Shown here: positions 41,645-51,750 of the stretch, piece by piece
How positions within the stretch are numbered: position 1 is the stretch's first letter
How the letters are laid out: each line of letters starts with the position of its first letter
From: an uncultured Pseudomonadota bacterium
Lineage (GTDB): Bacteria; Pseudomonadota; Alphaproteobacteria; JACZXZ01
Direction: 5' to 3'
Assembly (NCBI GenBank): GCA_963749075.1
Contig: CAVVLJ010000016.1
Span: forward strand, 1,024,001-1,088,000
DNA: 64,000 nucleotides
Notes under the pieces: model-generated
Seen by the model: the letters and a program-made list of their open reading frames with translations, nothing else
What the model was told of the DNA's origin: nothing
The model's database searches: none
Made by a program: the position numbers and the translations under genes

Positions 41645-43406
41645 ATGGAGAAGGCGAGCAAGGCAGCGTCCGTGCCGGCGGCCGCAACGCTGAGCAACGC
41701 GAGGATCGCGGAGGAGCTCTTGCGCCTTGCCGAGCTTCTCGAGATCGGCGGCGCCAATCCCTTTCGCGTGCGCGCCTACCGCAATGCGGCGCGCACGGTC
41801 GAGAACCTGCCCGAGAGCGTGGGTGCGATGCTCGCGGCGGGGCGCGATCTCGCCGAGCTCCCGGGCATCGGCAAGGACCTCGCCCAGAAGATCGCGGAGC
41901 TCTCGAAGAGCGGCCACCTCAAGCTCCTCGAGGAGGTGGAGGAGACGTTGCCGCCGGCGCTCGTCGAGATGGCCAAGCTCCCCGGCCTCGGCCCCAAGCG
42001 CATCAAGCTCATCTACGACAGGCTCAAGATCGCGAGCCTGGACGAGCTCGCCAAGGCCGCTGCCGCCGGCCGGCTCGCGGCACTTCCGGGCCTCGGCGCC
42101 AAGACCCAGGCGAAGCTCCTCGAGGCGCTCGCGGCGCGCCGTCCGGGCCCAGAGCGCATCAGGCTCGCCGCCGCCGAGGAGAGTGCCGAGGCGCTCCTCG
42201 CCTATCTCAAGGACAGCCCGGGCGTGCGCCGGGCGATCATCGCCGGCAGCTATCGGCGGCGCAAGGAGACGGTGGGCGACATCGACATCCTGGTGACGAG
42301 CGCCAAGGGCACCGCAGTGATCGAGCGCTTCGCCGCCTATCCGGAGGTGAGGGACGTGCTCGCCAAAGGGCCGACGCGCTCGACCGTCGTGCTGGAGTTC
42401 TGGGCTGCAGGTCGATCTGCGCGTGGTGGCGGAGGAGAGCTACGGCGCCGCCCTCCATTACTTCACCGGCTCCAAGGATCACAACATAGCACTGCGCCGA
42501 ATGGCTCAGGCGAAGGGCCTCAAGATCAACGAGTACGGAGTCTTCCGCGGCGAGAGGCGCATCGCCGGCCGCACGGAGGAGGAGCTCTACGCGCTCTTCA
42601 AGCTCTCCTACATCGAGCCCGAGCTCAGGGAGAACCGCGGTGAGATCGAGGCGGCGCGGGCGGGGACGCTGCCGCACCTCGTGACACTCGCCGACATGCG
42701 GGGCGACCTCCACGTCCACACCAGGGCCTCCGACGGCAACGCCACCATCGCCGAGCTCGCCGCGGCGGCGCGCGCGCGCGGCTACGCCTATCTCGCCATG
42801 TCCGACCACAGCCAACGCCTGACCGTGGCGCACGGGCTCGATGCCAGGCGGCTCGGCCGGCAGATCGACGAGATCGAGAAGCTCAACGCCACGCTCAAGG
42901 GGATGCGCATCCTCAAGGCGGTCGAGGTCGACATTCTTGAGGACGGCAGCCTCGATCTCCCGGATAGCATCCTCGAGAAGCTCGACTTCGCCATCGGCGC
43001 CGTGCATTCCCATTTCGAGCTCTCCGCCGCGCGGCAGACCGAGCGCTTGATGCGCGCCATGGACAACCGCAACCTCTCATTCGTCGCGCATCCGACCGGC
43101 CGCCTCATCGGCGGGCGCGAGGCATATGCCGTCGAGATCGAGCGCCTCGTGGCGGCGGCCAAGGAGCGCGGCTGCTTCTTCGAGATCAACGCCCAGCCCG
43201 AGCGGCTCGATCTCAACGACAGCCACGCGCGCCTCGCCAAGGAGGCGGGCGTCAAGCTCGCGGTCAATACGGATGCCCACAACGTGCACCAGCTCGATTT
43301 CATGCGCTACGGCATAGACGTGGCGCGGCGCGGCTGGCTCGAGCGCAATGACGTGCTCAATGCGCGTCCGTGGGCCGAGCTGCGCCGCCTCCTCAAGCGG
43401 CGCTGA
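41645..43406 (+). CDS. polX: DNA polymerase X with PHP 3'-5' exonuclease domain; +1 frameshift near 42398
   Basis: [12 protein letters not shown], HhH motifs, [16 protein letters not shown]; restored frame QVDLR, YFTGSK, GDLHVHT, HPTGR, NTDAH. Confidence 0.92.
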
Positions 43407-43436
43407 CGCTCCCGATTTCGCACGAGGCCAAAATCC

Positions 43437-44154
43437 ATGTCGCTGCAAGATTTCAGGCTGCTCAGCTTCGACGTGATGGGCACGCTGATCGACTACGAGA
43501 GGGGGATCGTGAGCTATATCCGGCAATGCGCCGGGAGCGCGGCGCCGCGGCTGAGCGACCGGGACATTCTCGAGGCTTGCGCACGCGCCGAGGAGGCGGC
43601 GCAGAAGGCAATGCCCCACATGCCCTTCACGCGCCTCCTGGCGCCGATCTATGAGGGGATGGCCGGCGAGCTCGGCCTTGAGGCCGGGCGCGACGCGGCC
43701 GAGGGGTTGCGCAGCTCGGTCGCAGAGTGGCCGGCCTTTCCCGATTCTCGTCGCGGCCTTGAGGCGGCTTCGCGCGCGCTTCCGCCTGGTCGCGCTCACC
43801 AATGCGGACAACCGCGCGCTCGATCTCATGGCGCGCACGCTCGGCGATCCCTTCGACGACCGCGTGACCGCCGAGGACGTCGGCGTCTCGAAGCCCGATC
43901 CGCAAGTCTTCGCCTATTGCCGCGGCCGGCAGGGCGCCGCGGGCTATGGCCTCGCGGACTGGCTCCACGTGGCGCAGAGCCAGTACCACGACATCGGCGC
44001 CGCCAAGGCGCTCGGCTTCACCGTCGCCTGGATCGAGCGCCGCAAGGGGCAGGAAGGCGCCGGCGCCACGCCCCTGGCGGCGGACCCGGTTGAGCCCGAT
44101 TACCACTTCGCCTCGCTCGCCGAGCTCGCGGACGCGGTCGAAGGGAATGCCTGA
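43437..44154 (+). CDS. HAD-superfamily hydrolase (2-haloacid dehalogenase-like); +1 frameshift near 43748
   Basis: FDVMGTLID, WPAFPD then frame switch to VAALRRL...LTNAD, SKPDP, LHVAQSQYHD. Confidence 0.85.
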
Positions 44155-44167
44155 CGTTTTTAAGCCC

Positions 44168-44269
44168 CACCCCCACCCCAACCCTCCCCCTTCAAGGGGG
44201 AGGCGGAAGACTTTCAGGTCGTTCACAGTGCCCCTCCCCCCTTGAGGGGGAGGGCAGGGGAGGGGGGTG
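44168..44269. repeat. REP-like family A doublet between convergent genes
   Basis: cccccaccccaaccctcccccttcaagggggagg...cccctccccccttgagggggaggg. Confidence 0.88.
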
Positions 44270-44281
44270 CCAATGCAGCCC

Positions 44282-45067
44282 CTACCGCCGCTCGCGCCAT
44301 TCGTTAGGCGCGCGGGCAGGCCAGCCGAAGTCGCGGGGGCGAAGCCCGGCGTGGAACCAGGCGACGAAGCTGTAGATGTCGTAGACCGGAAGCCCGGTCG
44401 CCTCTCTCAGCGCCAGCGCATAGGGCGCCATGTTGGTGCATTCGAGCACGATGGCGCCGATGTCGCGGTGTGCCGCGAGAAGCGCCGCGCCGGCCGCCAG
44501 GATGTCTGCCTCCGCGGCGGCCACGTCGAGGGTGGGCTCGTCGCCGATGAGGACGCGGCTGAACTCGCGGCCGCCGTCGGTGCCGGCAACCGGCGCCGCG
44601 GGGTCGCATCCGGCGGCCGAGAGGTGCTCGGCCGTCAGCGTCTTGGCGCTGACCGTAAGCACGCCGCAGCGCTTCCCCGGCGGCAGCAGGCGCTCGACCC
44701 ACGGCACCTGCATGAGGCTCGAGAGCGCCGTCGGCACGCCCGCGCGCCGCGCGATCTCCGCCTGATAGAGCGAGAGGAAGCCGCAGTTGCTGGTGATGCC
44801 GTCGGCACCGAGGCGCACGAGCTCGAGCGCCCCCTCGGCGAAGGCCTCGAGGAGGCCCTCCGCGCGCCTCAGCACGACGCGCGCGGGCGAGGCGCCGGCG
44901 ACGACCTTGTAAAGCACCGGGAAGGGCCAGGTCTCGGCGTTCCCCATGTCGCCCGGGATGCGCGGGAAGCGCGTCTCGAGCATGAGGATGCCGAGCCGCG
45001 CGCCATAGACCTGCTTGCCGCCGTGGGCGAGGCGCGCCGGGCGATTGTCGCGGCGCTCGTCCGTCAT
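44282..45067 (-). CDS. Aspartate/glutamate/hydantoin racemase family protein
   Basis: LGILMLETRFPRIPGDMGN, ITSNCGF, VLECTNM (two catalytic-type Cys). Confidence 0.85.
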   Translation of the reverse strand: MTDERRDNRPARLAHGGKQVYGARLGILMLETRFPRIPGDMGNAETWPFPVLYKVVAGASPARVVLRRAEGLLEAFAEGALELVRLGADGITSNCGFLSLYQAEIARRAGVPTALSSLMQVPWVERLLPPGKRCGVLTVSAKTLTAEHLSAAGCDPAAPVAGTDGGREFSRVLIGDEPTLDVAAAEADILAAGAALLAAHRDIGAIVLECTNMAPYALALREATGLPVYDIYSFVAWFHAGLRPRDFGWPARAPNEWRERR

Positions 45068-46038
45068 GGCTCGGCGGCCTCGCCGGGGTGGGCGTGGCAC
45101 AGGCGCTCCCACATCGCCGTCCCAAGTGCTGCCAGGCCGCCCATGTAGCTGCGCATGAGGACGATCACCAGCAGCGCGTAGATCACCATGTCCCACTCGC
45201 CGTATTTCTGCAGATAGGTCGTCAGGATCTCGACCGGTGCCGCGCCGATGAGGGGTCCCGCAAAGGAGCCGAGCCCGCCCACCACCACCATGACGATGAG
45301 CTTCGCCATCTCGTTGAAGTCCGCGAGCTGGGGACTGAGCACCAGGAGGTAATGCGCGTAGAACACACCGGCCAGGCCGGCGAAGGCGCTCGAGAGCGTG
45401 AAGACGAGCACCTTGACCCGCGTGGTGTCGACGCCGAGGCTCTCGGCACGCAGCTCGTCGTCCTTGATCGCGCGCATGAAATAGCCGAGCGGCGAGCGCA
45501 CGAGAAGGTACATGGCGAGCACGGAGACGAGCGCCAGCGCCGCGAAGGTGTAGTAGTAGGGCGTCGGCTCCACGCTGTGGAAGAGCGGCGGCACGGTGAG
45601 CCCGAGCTCGCCGCGCGTATAGCCGTAGTCGGCGGCGAGGAGGATGTGGATGGTCTCGGCGAAGGCCCAGGTGGCGATCGCGAGGTAGATGGCGCGCATC
45701 TTGAGCACGAGGCGGCCGAGCACGTAGCCGAGCGCGCCGGCGAGCAGCACGCCCGCCGGCATGCTGAGGTAGAGCGGCGCCTGGTAGTGGTAGATGAGAA
45801 GCCCGGTGGTATAGGCGCCGACCGCGGCGAAGGCCTGGTGTGCCAAGGAGAACTGCCCGGTGAAGCCGGCGAGCAGGTTCCAGCTCGCGGCGAGGATCGT
45901 GTAATAGAGGCTCACGGTCAGCACATGCACCGCGAAGCTGCCGAGGAACTGGGGCAGCAGCGCGAGCACGAGTGCCGCCGCCGCACTCACCAGCACCACG
46001 CGCCGCCAGTCGATGAGCGACAGCATCGCGGCCCTCAT
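45064..46038 (-). CDS. Branched-chain amino acid ABC permease, LivM-like
   Basis: SWNLLAGFTGQFSLAH, YLAIAT, RAIKDDE, VVVGGLGS. Confidence 0.92.
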   Translation of the reverse strand: MRAAMLSLIDWRRVVLVSAAAALVLALLPQFLGSFAVHVLTVSLYYTILAASWNLLAGFTGQFSLAHQAFAAVGAYTTGLLIYHYQAPLYLSMPAGVLLAGALGYVLGRLVLKMRAIYLAIATWAFAETIHILLAADYGYTRGELGLTVPPLFHSVEPTPYYYTFAALALVSVLAMYLLVRSPLGYFMRAIKDDELRAESLGVDTTRVKVLVFTLSSAFAGLAGVFYAHYLLVLSPQLADFNEMAKLIVMVVVGGLGSFAGPLIGAAPVEILTTYLQKYGEWDMVIYALLVIVLMRSYMGGLAALGTAMWERLCHAHPGEAAEP

Positions 46039-46769
46039 CCCATGAGGCATTCTTGAATCAAGGCGCGCACGCGCGTCGCGCCGAACTCGGCGGGCGGCCC
46101 GTCCGCCTTGATGCGGCCGAGATTGACCATATAGACGTAGTCCGCGTGGGGGATCGCCTCCTCGATGTTCTGGTCGACGAGGAGGATGGTGGCGCCGATC
46201 GCCCGCCGCGCGGTGAGCAGGAGCTCGTAGACCTGGTCGACGAGGTTGGGGGCGAGGCCCGCCGTCGGCTCGTCGACCAGCATGAGCTTGGGATCGGTCA
46301 TCATCTCGCGCGCCACCGAGAGCATGCGGCCCTGGCCGCCCGAGAGGTCGCCCGCGCGCGCGCGCCGACGCTCGGCGAGGGCGGGAAAGATGCCGTAGAT
46401 CTTGGCGAGCTGGGCTGCGAGCCGCGTCTTCTCCTTGCGCAGCGTCCAGCCCCCCATGCGCAGGTTCTCCTCGACCGTGAGGCTGGGGAAGGTGTTGATC
46501 TCCTGCGGCACGTAGCTGATGCCGAGCCGCTTCACCTGATAGGGCTCGAGGCCGAGCGCCGGGCGCTCGAGGAAGCGGAGGCTGCCGCGATGCGGCTTCA
46601 AGAAGCCGAAGATGGCGCGCAGCAGCGTCGATTTGCCGGCGCCGTTGGGGCCGATGACGAGGGTGAGGCTGCCAGGGGCTACGGCGAGAGAGAGGCCCTG
46701 CAGGATGTCGACGCCGGGCTGATAGGCGGCGTAGAGCTCTTCGACGGCAAGGAGTGCGGCGGCGCTCAT
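46035..46769 (-). CDS. ABC ATPase, LivF-like
   Basis: GPNGAGKST, LTVEENL, LSGGQ, DEPTAGLAP. Confidence 0.92.
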   Translation of the reverse strand: MSAAALLAVEELYAAYQPGVDILQGLSLAVAPGSLTLVIGPNGAGKSTLLRAIFGFLKPHRGSLRFLERPALGLEPYQVKRLGISYVPQEINTFPSLTVEENLRMGGWTLRKEKTRLAAQLAKIYGIFPALAERRRARAGDLSGGQGRMLSVAREMMTDPKLMLVDEPTAGLAPNLVDQVYELLLTARRAIGATILLVDQNIEEAIPHADYVYMVNLGRIKADGPPAEFGATRVRALIQECLMG

Positions 46770-47506
46770 GCCAGCGCCTTGCCGAGATAGGCGGCGATCA
46801 CGTCCTCGCGCGCCGCCACCTCGTCGAGCGTGCCCTCGGCCACCACGCGGCCGGCGATCATCACGGTGATCTTGTGGCAGAGCCGGCGCATCACCGTCAT
46901 CTCGTGGCTGACGATGAGGAAGCCCGTGCTGCGTTCGCGGTTCTCGTGGAGGATGAGATCGATGATGGCGTCCTTGATGAAGGGGTTGATGCCGGCGAAG
47001 GGCTCGTCGAGCACGTAGCACTTGAGCGCCGGCACCATGAAGCCGCAGCACACCTGGAGGAGGGCGCGCTGGCCGCCCGAGAGCGCCTTGGCCGGAAGCC
47101 CGGCCAGCCGCTCGAGCTTGGTGAGGGCGAGGAACGCATGCGCGCGTGCGAGGCCGTCGCCGTCTGCCGTCCGCGCGCTGCGGCGGCGCGCCATATGGGG
47201 AATGAGAAGGTTCTCCAACACCGTGAGATTGCCGAAGAGGCGGCAGAGCTGGAAGCTGCGCAAGAGGCCCTTCCGCGCGATCTCGTGGGGTGCCAGGCCC
47301 AAGAGGCTCTCGCCGTCGAGCCGGATGTCGCCCGCGTTCGGCGCCTCGATGCCGGTGATGAGATTGGCGAGCGTCGTCTTGCCAGCACCATTGGGTCCGA
47401 TGAGACCGCGGATCTCGCCGCGCGCGAGCGCCATCGTCACGTCGCTGTTGGCATAGAGGCCGCCGAAGCGCTTGCTGAGGCCCAGGGTCTCGAGGAGCGC
47501 TGCCAT
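46766..47506 (-). CDS. ABC ATPase, LivG-like
   Basis: KRFGGL, GPNGAGKTT, LSGGQ, DEPFAG, VIAAYLG. Confidence 0.92.
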   Translation of the reverse strand: MAALLETLGLSKRFGGLYANSDVTMALARGEIRGLIGPNGAGKTTLANLITGIEAPNAGDIRLDGESLLGLAPHEIARKGLLRSFQLCRLFGNLTVLENLLIPHMARRRSARTADGDGLARAHAFLALTKLERLAGLPAKALSGGQRALLQVCCGFMVPALKCYVLDEPFAGINPFIKDAIIDLILHENRERSTGFLIVSHEMTVMRRLCHKITVMIAGRVVAEGTLDEVAAREDVIAAYLGKALA

Positions 47507-47520
47507 GGCCGGGGTCCTCC

Positions 47521-48417
47521 TCACGCCTGCCGGGCGCGCGCGCCGAAGAGGCCGCGCGGGCGGATCAGGAGGACGAGGAGCACGAGGACGAAGCCGTAGG
47601 CGTTCTGGTAGGGCGGCGAGATGAAGGCGGCACCCAGGCTTTCGACGATGCCGAGGAGGAGGCCTCCCACGAGCGCTCCCGGGATCGAGCCGAGGCCGCC
47701 GATGACGATGATCTCGAAGCCCTTGACCGTGGTGACGACGCCGTCGGTCGGGAAGACGAGGAAGACGGGTGCGAGCAAGGCACCGGCTGTGCCTGCCAGC
47801 GCCACGCCGATGCCGAAGGCGAGCTGGTCGAGGCGGAGTACGTCGACGCCGGAGGTCTGCACGCCGACGCGGCTGTCGGCGGCGGCACGCAAGGCGAGGC
47901 CGAGCCAGGTGCGCTTGATGAGGAATTGGAAGAGCGCGATCGCGACGAGCGCGAACACGAAGGCGGCGACGCGGGCGCCGTCCAGCGGCAAGGGGCCGAT
48001 CGTCACGGTCGGCAGCACCGAGCCGGGAGTGCGCTGGTAGGGCCCGCTCAAGGCGGTCGCGAGGTTGCGCAGGAGGAGGAGGAGTGCGATGGTGACGACG
48101 GTCGCATAATCGTCGCGCCGCTCGAGCGCCTTGGCGAACATGGGCTTGATCAGGATGGGCTCGAGCACGATGCCGATGAGGAAGACGCCGAGCGCGGAGA
48201 ACGGCAGCGCCAGCCACCACAGCGCCGGACCGAGAAGGTGGGCCACGAGCATGAACTGCAGATAGCTGCCGATCATGTAGAACTCGCCCATCGCCCAGTT
48301 GATCATCTTCACGATGCTGTAGATGAAGGTGATGCCGAGCGCCATGAGGGCGTAAAGCACGCCGATCATGACGCCCGCGATGAACGTCTGGACGAAAAGC
48401 TCGTTCGAGTAGATCAC
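47521..48417 (-). CDS. Branched-chain amino acid ABC permease, LivH-like
   Basis: YALMALGITFIY...INWAMGE, IGGLGSIPG, RPRGLFG. Confidence 0.92.
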   Translation of the reverse strand: MIYSNELFVQTFIAGVMIGVLYALMALGITFIYSIVKMINWAMGEFYMIGSYLQFMLVAHLLGPALWWLALPFSALGVFLIGIVLEPILIKPMFAKALERRDDYATVVTIALLLLLRNLATALSGPYQRTPGSVLPTVTIGPLPLDGARVAAFVFALVAIALFQFLIKRTWLGLALRAAADSRVGVQTSGVDVLRLDQLAFGIGVALAGTAGALLAPVFLVFPTDGVVTTVKGFEIIVIGGLGSIPGALVGGLLLGIVESLGAAFISPPYQNAYGFVLVLLVLLIRPRGLFGARARQA

Positions 48418-48441
48418 GGCGGCGTGCCCATGAGCGGGCGA

Positions 48442-48520
48442 TCCCTCACCCGGCCGCTTCGCGGCCCGATCGATCCGCTTCGCGGCTCGATCCCGCAAGC
48501 GGGAGAGGGAGGGTGAGGGA
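48442..48520. repeat. Palindromic repeat family B between the SBP and permease genes
   Basis: tccctcaccc...tcccgcaagcgggagagg...gggtgaggga, same ends as the 39919 copy. Confidence 0.8.
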
Positions 48521-48543
48521 CTGCACCCCCCACGCTGCCACCT

Positions 48544-49728
48544 CTATTCCGACCCGTAGGCCAGCTCCGCCTCGCGCCAGTCCTGGTTGGGCTGGGTGTA
48601 GTGGAGGATCATGATCGGCGGCGACCAGTTGTGCCAGAAGATGCCGTCCGCCTTGGGGAAGGTCACGGCACCCGGCGCCCAGCTCTTGAAGCTCACGCTC
48701 TCGAGCGCACTCACGACCGCCTTGGGGTCGGTGCTTTTCGCCTGATCGACCGCCTGGGCGATGATCAGCACGTCGCCGAAGCCGTTCAGGCTCGAATAGG
48801 TCGCGGCCTCCTTGTACTTGTCCATGTAGGCCTTGGCGAGCCAAGAGCCCACTTCGGAGAGCTTCTGCTTCGGCGTGTAATAGGCGATGAAATAGATGCC
48901 GCTGCCGTCCTTGGGATGGAGCTGCCACCACTGGGGCCGGATCGGCGCATCGTAGGAGATCAGCATGGGCGTTCCCGGCAGGAGGCCGATGGTCGCCGCC
49001 TGATCGACCATGAGATCGAGGGGCTGGCCCACGCCGATGTTGATGATGACGTCGGGCTTGAAGGCCTTGACCTGGAGGAGGAGCGGCGTCAGGTCGGTCG
49101 TGGCATGGTCGAAGGTGAGGCTCTGCAGCTCGAGGCCCATGTTCTTGGCCTTGGCCTGCTCCTCGGTCTCCTTGACGAGGCCGATGCCGTAATCGGTCGT
49201 CTCGGCGAGGATGGAGACCCGCTTGTAGCCCTGCTTCTTGATCCAGCCGAGCCAGGCCGCGGCGCGCAGCGGATCGATCACGTGGGTGCGGAAGGCGACA
49301 TCGTAATGCTTGCCGGTCACGTCGGCGGCACCGGTCTGGGTGCCGATGGTGGGGACGCCGAGCTCCTTCGCCACCTCGTTCGCCGCGATATTCACCGAGC
49401 TGTGGAAGAAGCCGGTGACGCCGACGGCGTGATCCTCGGTGACGAGGCGGCGGTAGGCGGTGACGCCGGCCTCGGGGCGGCCTTGCGAATCCTGCACCGC
49501 GAGCTCAACCTTGCGCCCGCCGAGAACGCCGCCCATCACCGTGTTGATGTATTCGACGGCGAGCTCGGCGCCGCGGCGGATGAGCTGGCCCGAGGCCGGA
49601 TCGCCGGGCGGCGAGAGGGGAATCACGAGGCCGATGGTGACGGGCTCGCCGGCGGCCATGGCAGCACCCGCAAGCCCCGCCGCGAGCGCCAGCCCGGCGG
49701 CGCCGAGAACGAGAGGTCTCCTTTTCAT
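48544..49728 (-). CDS. ABC substrate-binding protein, LivK-like
   Basis: Signal peptide, IGLVIPLS, GGVLGGRKVEL..QD, DYG, DLTPLLLQVK. Confidence 0.92.
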   Translation of the reverse strand: MKRRPLVLGAAGLALAAGLAGAAMAAGEPVTIGLVIPLSPPGDPASGQLIRRGAELAVEYINTVMGGVLGGRKVELAVQDSQGRPEAGVTAYRRLVTEDHAVGVTGFFHSSVNIAANEVAKELGVPTIGTQTGAADVTGKHYDVAFRTHVIDPLRAAAWLGWIKKQGYKRVSILAETTDYGIGLVKETEEQAKAKNMGLELQSLTFDHATTDLTPLLLQVKAFKPDVIINIGVGQPLDLMVDQAATIGLLPGTPMLISYDAPIRPQWWQLHPKDGSGIYFIAYYTPKQKLSEVGSWLAKAYMDKYKEAATYSSLNGFGDVLIIAQAVDQAKSTDPKAVVSALESVSFKSWAPGAVTFPKADGIFWHNWSPPIMILHYTQPNQDWREAELAYGSE

Positions 49729-50021
49729 GTCGTCTCCCTTGTTTCTACGGCGCCGTTCGGGGAAGCGCCGCTCGGCCCATCTTAGATCGACTTCGAGGGG
49801 GGCGTAAACCGGGGCTCTTCGCCGCAGGCTTCACGTCAGGCGGGCGAAGGCGCCGCCGCGGGCAGCCTGGTTGCCCAAGCTCGCTCTGCGACCTAATTTG
49901 AGCGGGACACTCCTCGGCGGGCGAGAGCATTCGGCTGCGCTTGCTCAGTCTCTCCCGGTCAAAGAGACATTCGAGGGCGTGACGAAAGGCAGCCGAGCGT
50001 GATCCATCGAGAGGGGGTCCG

Positions 50022-51566
50022 ATGTTCACTCAGTCTCTGCGAACGGCCCTGCTGGGTTCCGGCGCCGCCTTCGCGATGATGGCGGGTCCGGCGCTCGCGG
50101 GTCAGGCGGACGGTTTGCAGGCCGAGATCGACTCGCTTCGCTCGCAGGTCGATCAGCTCGAGAAAGAGAGGGCGTCGATCGAGACCCCGCAGGCCGCAGC
50201 TCCCGCCGACGCGGTCATCGGCGGCGACTTCCCCGGTTCCTTCAAGCTGCCGGGCTCCGACACCTCGGTGGCGGTCCACGGCTATGTGAAGGCCAACTTC
50301 ATCTACGACTTCGACGAGAACCTGGGCGACAGCTTCGCGGATACGGGCATCACCGGGCGCCATACGCCGCAGCAGCACCAGGGCGGTAATTTCCATTTCG
50401 GCTCCCGCCAGTCGCGCTTCGACATCGAGACGCGCACGCCGACCGACTGGGGTCAGCTGAAGACCTTCATCGAGATGGACTTCTACGGCAGCACCGTGAA
50501 CAACAACAGCACGGTGAGCGGCGGCGGCAACACCTCGAACCCGCTTCGCATGCGGCAGGCCTATGGCCAGCTGGGCCCGGTCCTCGCCGGCCAGACCTTT
50601 TCGAACTTCAACGATCTCGACGACGAGCCCGAGTTGCTCGACTTCAACACAGGTCAGCTGCAGTCGGGCCACAAGCGCCAGACCCAGCTGCGCTACACCT
50701 TGCCGGTGGCGAACTGGACGCTGTCGTTCGCGGCGGAGAACCCCAACCCGCGCATCGCGGGCGGCAATGGCATTTCGACGTCGAACGGGTTTGCCACGTT
50801 CGTCGCGAACCCGGTCACCGCCGGCACCGTTCCCACGTTGGGCAACAACGCCAACGACATGCCGGACCTCACGGGCCACATCGAATACAAGGACGTGTGG
50901 GGCGACGTGAACTTGGCCGGCGTGGTGCGCCACTTCAACCTCAATACCGGTGGCAATGCCGGCAACACGACGGGCGCTGCCGTCAACTGTCAGGGCTCTT
51001 CGGCGGCCGCCGGCGCAGCCGGGGTGGGCTGCTTGATCAACACGACGGCCAGCGCCTTCGCCGGCGGCCTCATCGTAGGCGGCAAGTGGAAGATCGGACA
51101 AGTGCTGGGCGGCCTTTTCGCCATGGACAGCATCGCGGCGACGGGAAGCTGGGGTCCGGGCATCAACCGCTACTTCTACGAAGGGTCGACGCCGCCCTTC
51201 GATGCCACGGACGTCTATACGCTCAACGCCGCCGGCACGGCCATCAGCGGCTCGATCAAGACGGTCACGCAGACGGGCGGCATCATCGACTTCCAGCATT
51301 GGTGGACGCCCAATGTCCGTACGACCATAGCGTACAGCGTCACCGCGTGGGACTTCGGCGCCGTCCCGTACTCAGCCGCGCAGATCAGGCATATGCAGAC
51401 GGGCTACGTCAATTTGATCTGGAGCCCGGTCAAGGCGGTCAACATCGGCCTCGAGTTCATGTACGGCTCGGTCGATTTCCGCCATGAGGGCGCCACGCCG
51501 GCGTACGCGGGCGGCAACTCCGGCTCCGCCAAGCGGCTCATGGCCAGCCTGCAATACATGTTCTAA
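50022..51566 (+). CDS. DcaP family trimeric outer-membrane porin
   Basis: Signal peptide, coiled coil, GDFPGSFKLPGSDTS, SRF..ETRTPT..G.LKTFIEMDF, RMRQAYG, NLIWSPV, terminal Phe. Confidence 0.88.
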   Translation: MFTQSLRTALLGSGAAFAMMAGPALAGQADGLQAEIDSLRSQVDQLEKERASIETPQAAAPADAVIGGDFPGSFKLPGSDTSVAVHGYVKANFIYDFDENLGDSFADTGITGRHTPQQHQGGNFHFGSRQSRFDIETRTPTDWGQLKTFIEMDFYGSTVNNNSTVSGGGNTSNPLRMRQAYGQLGPVLAGQTFSNFNDLDDEPELLDFNTGQLQSGHKRQTQLRYTLPVANWTLSFAAENPNPRIAGGNGISTSNGFATFVANPVTAGTVPTLGNNANDMPDLTGHIEYKDVWGDVNLAGVVRHFNLNTGGNAGNTTGAAVNCQGSSAAAGAAGVGCLINTTASAFAGGLIVGGKWKIGQVLGGLFAMDSIAATGSWGPGINRYFYEGSTPPFDATDVYTLNAAGTAISGSIKTVTQTGGIIDFQHWWTPNVRTTIAYSVTAWDFGAVPYSAAQIRHMQTGYVNLIWSPVKAVNIGLEFMYGSVDFRHEGATPAYAGGNSGSAKRLMASLQYMF

Positions 51567-51649
51567 ATCGAGGCTCGACACCGATCCGCGAGGCGACCGC
51601 GGCGGCGCTGCGCTGGTAGCGGAGCCCTTGCCGGCCTGCGGCGCCGGCC

Positions 51650-51684
51650 TTGCGCCGCCCGGCCTCTTGGCATAATGTATTCCA
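51650..51684 (+). promoter_or_regulatory. Putative gntR promoter with overlapping palindromic operator
   Basis: TTGCGC-17 nt-TAATGT; imperfect palindrome TGGcATAaTgTATtCCA at 51668-51684. Confidence 0.55.
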
Positions 51685-51750
51685 GCCCGAGAGCAACAGC
51701 CCTAAAAACCAGGCGCGCGCCGCCGTTGCTGGCCGATTGAGGATACATCG

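Noticed and set aside
42391-42410. Programmed ribosomal frameshift or phase variation in polX, HAD, GT2 or the SBP
   Set aside because: No slippery heptamer or homopolymer tract at the sites; sequencing error is more parsimonious
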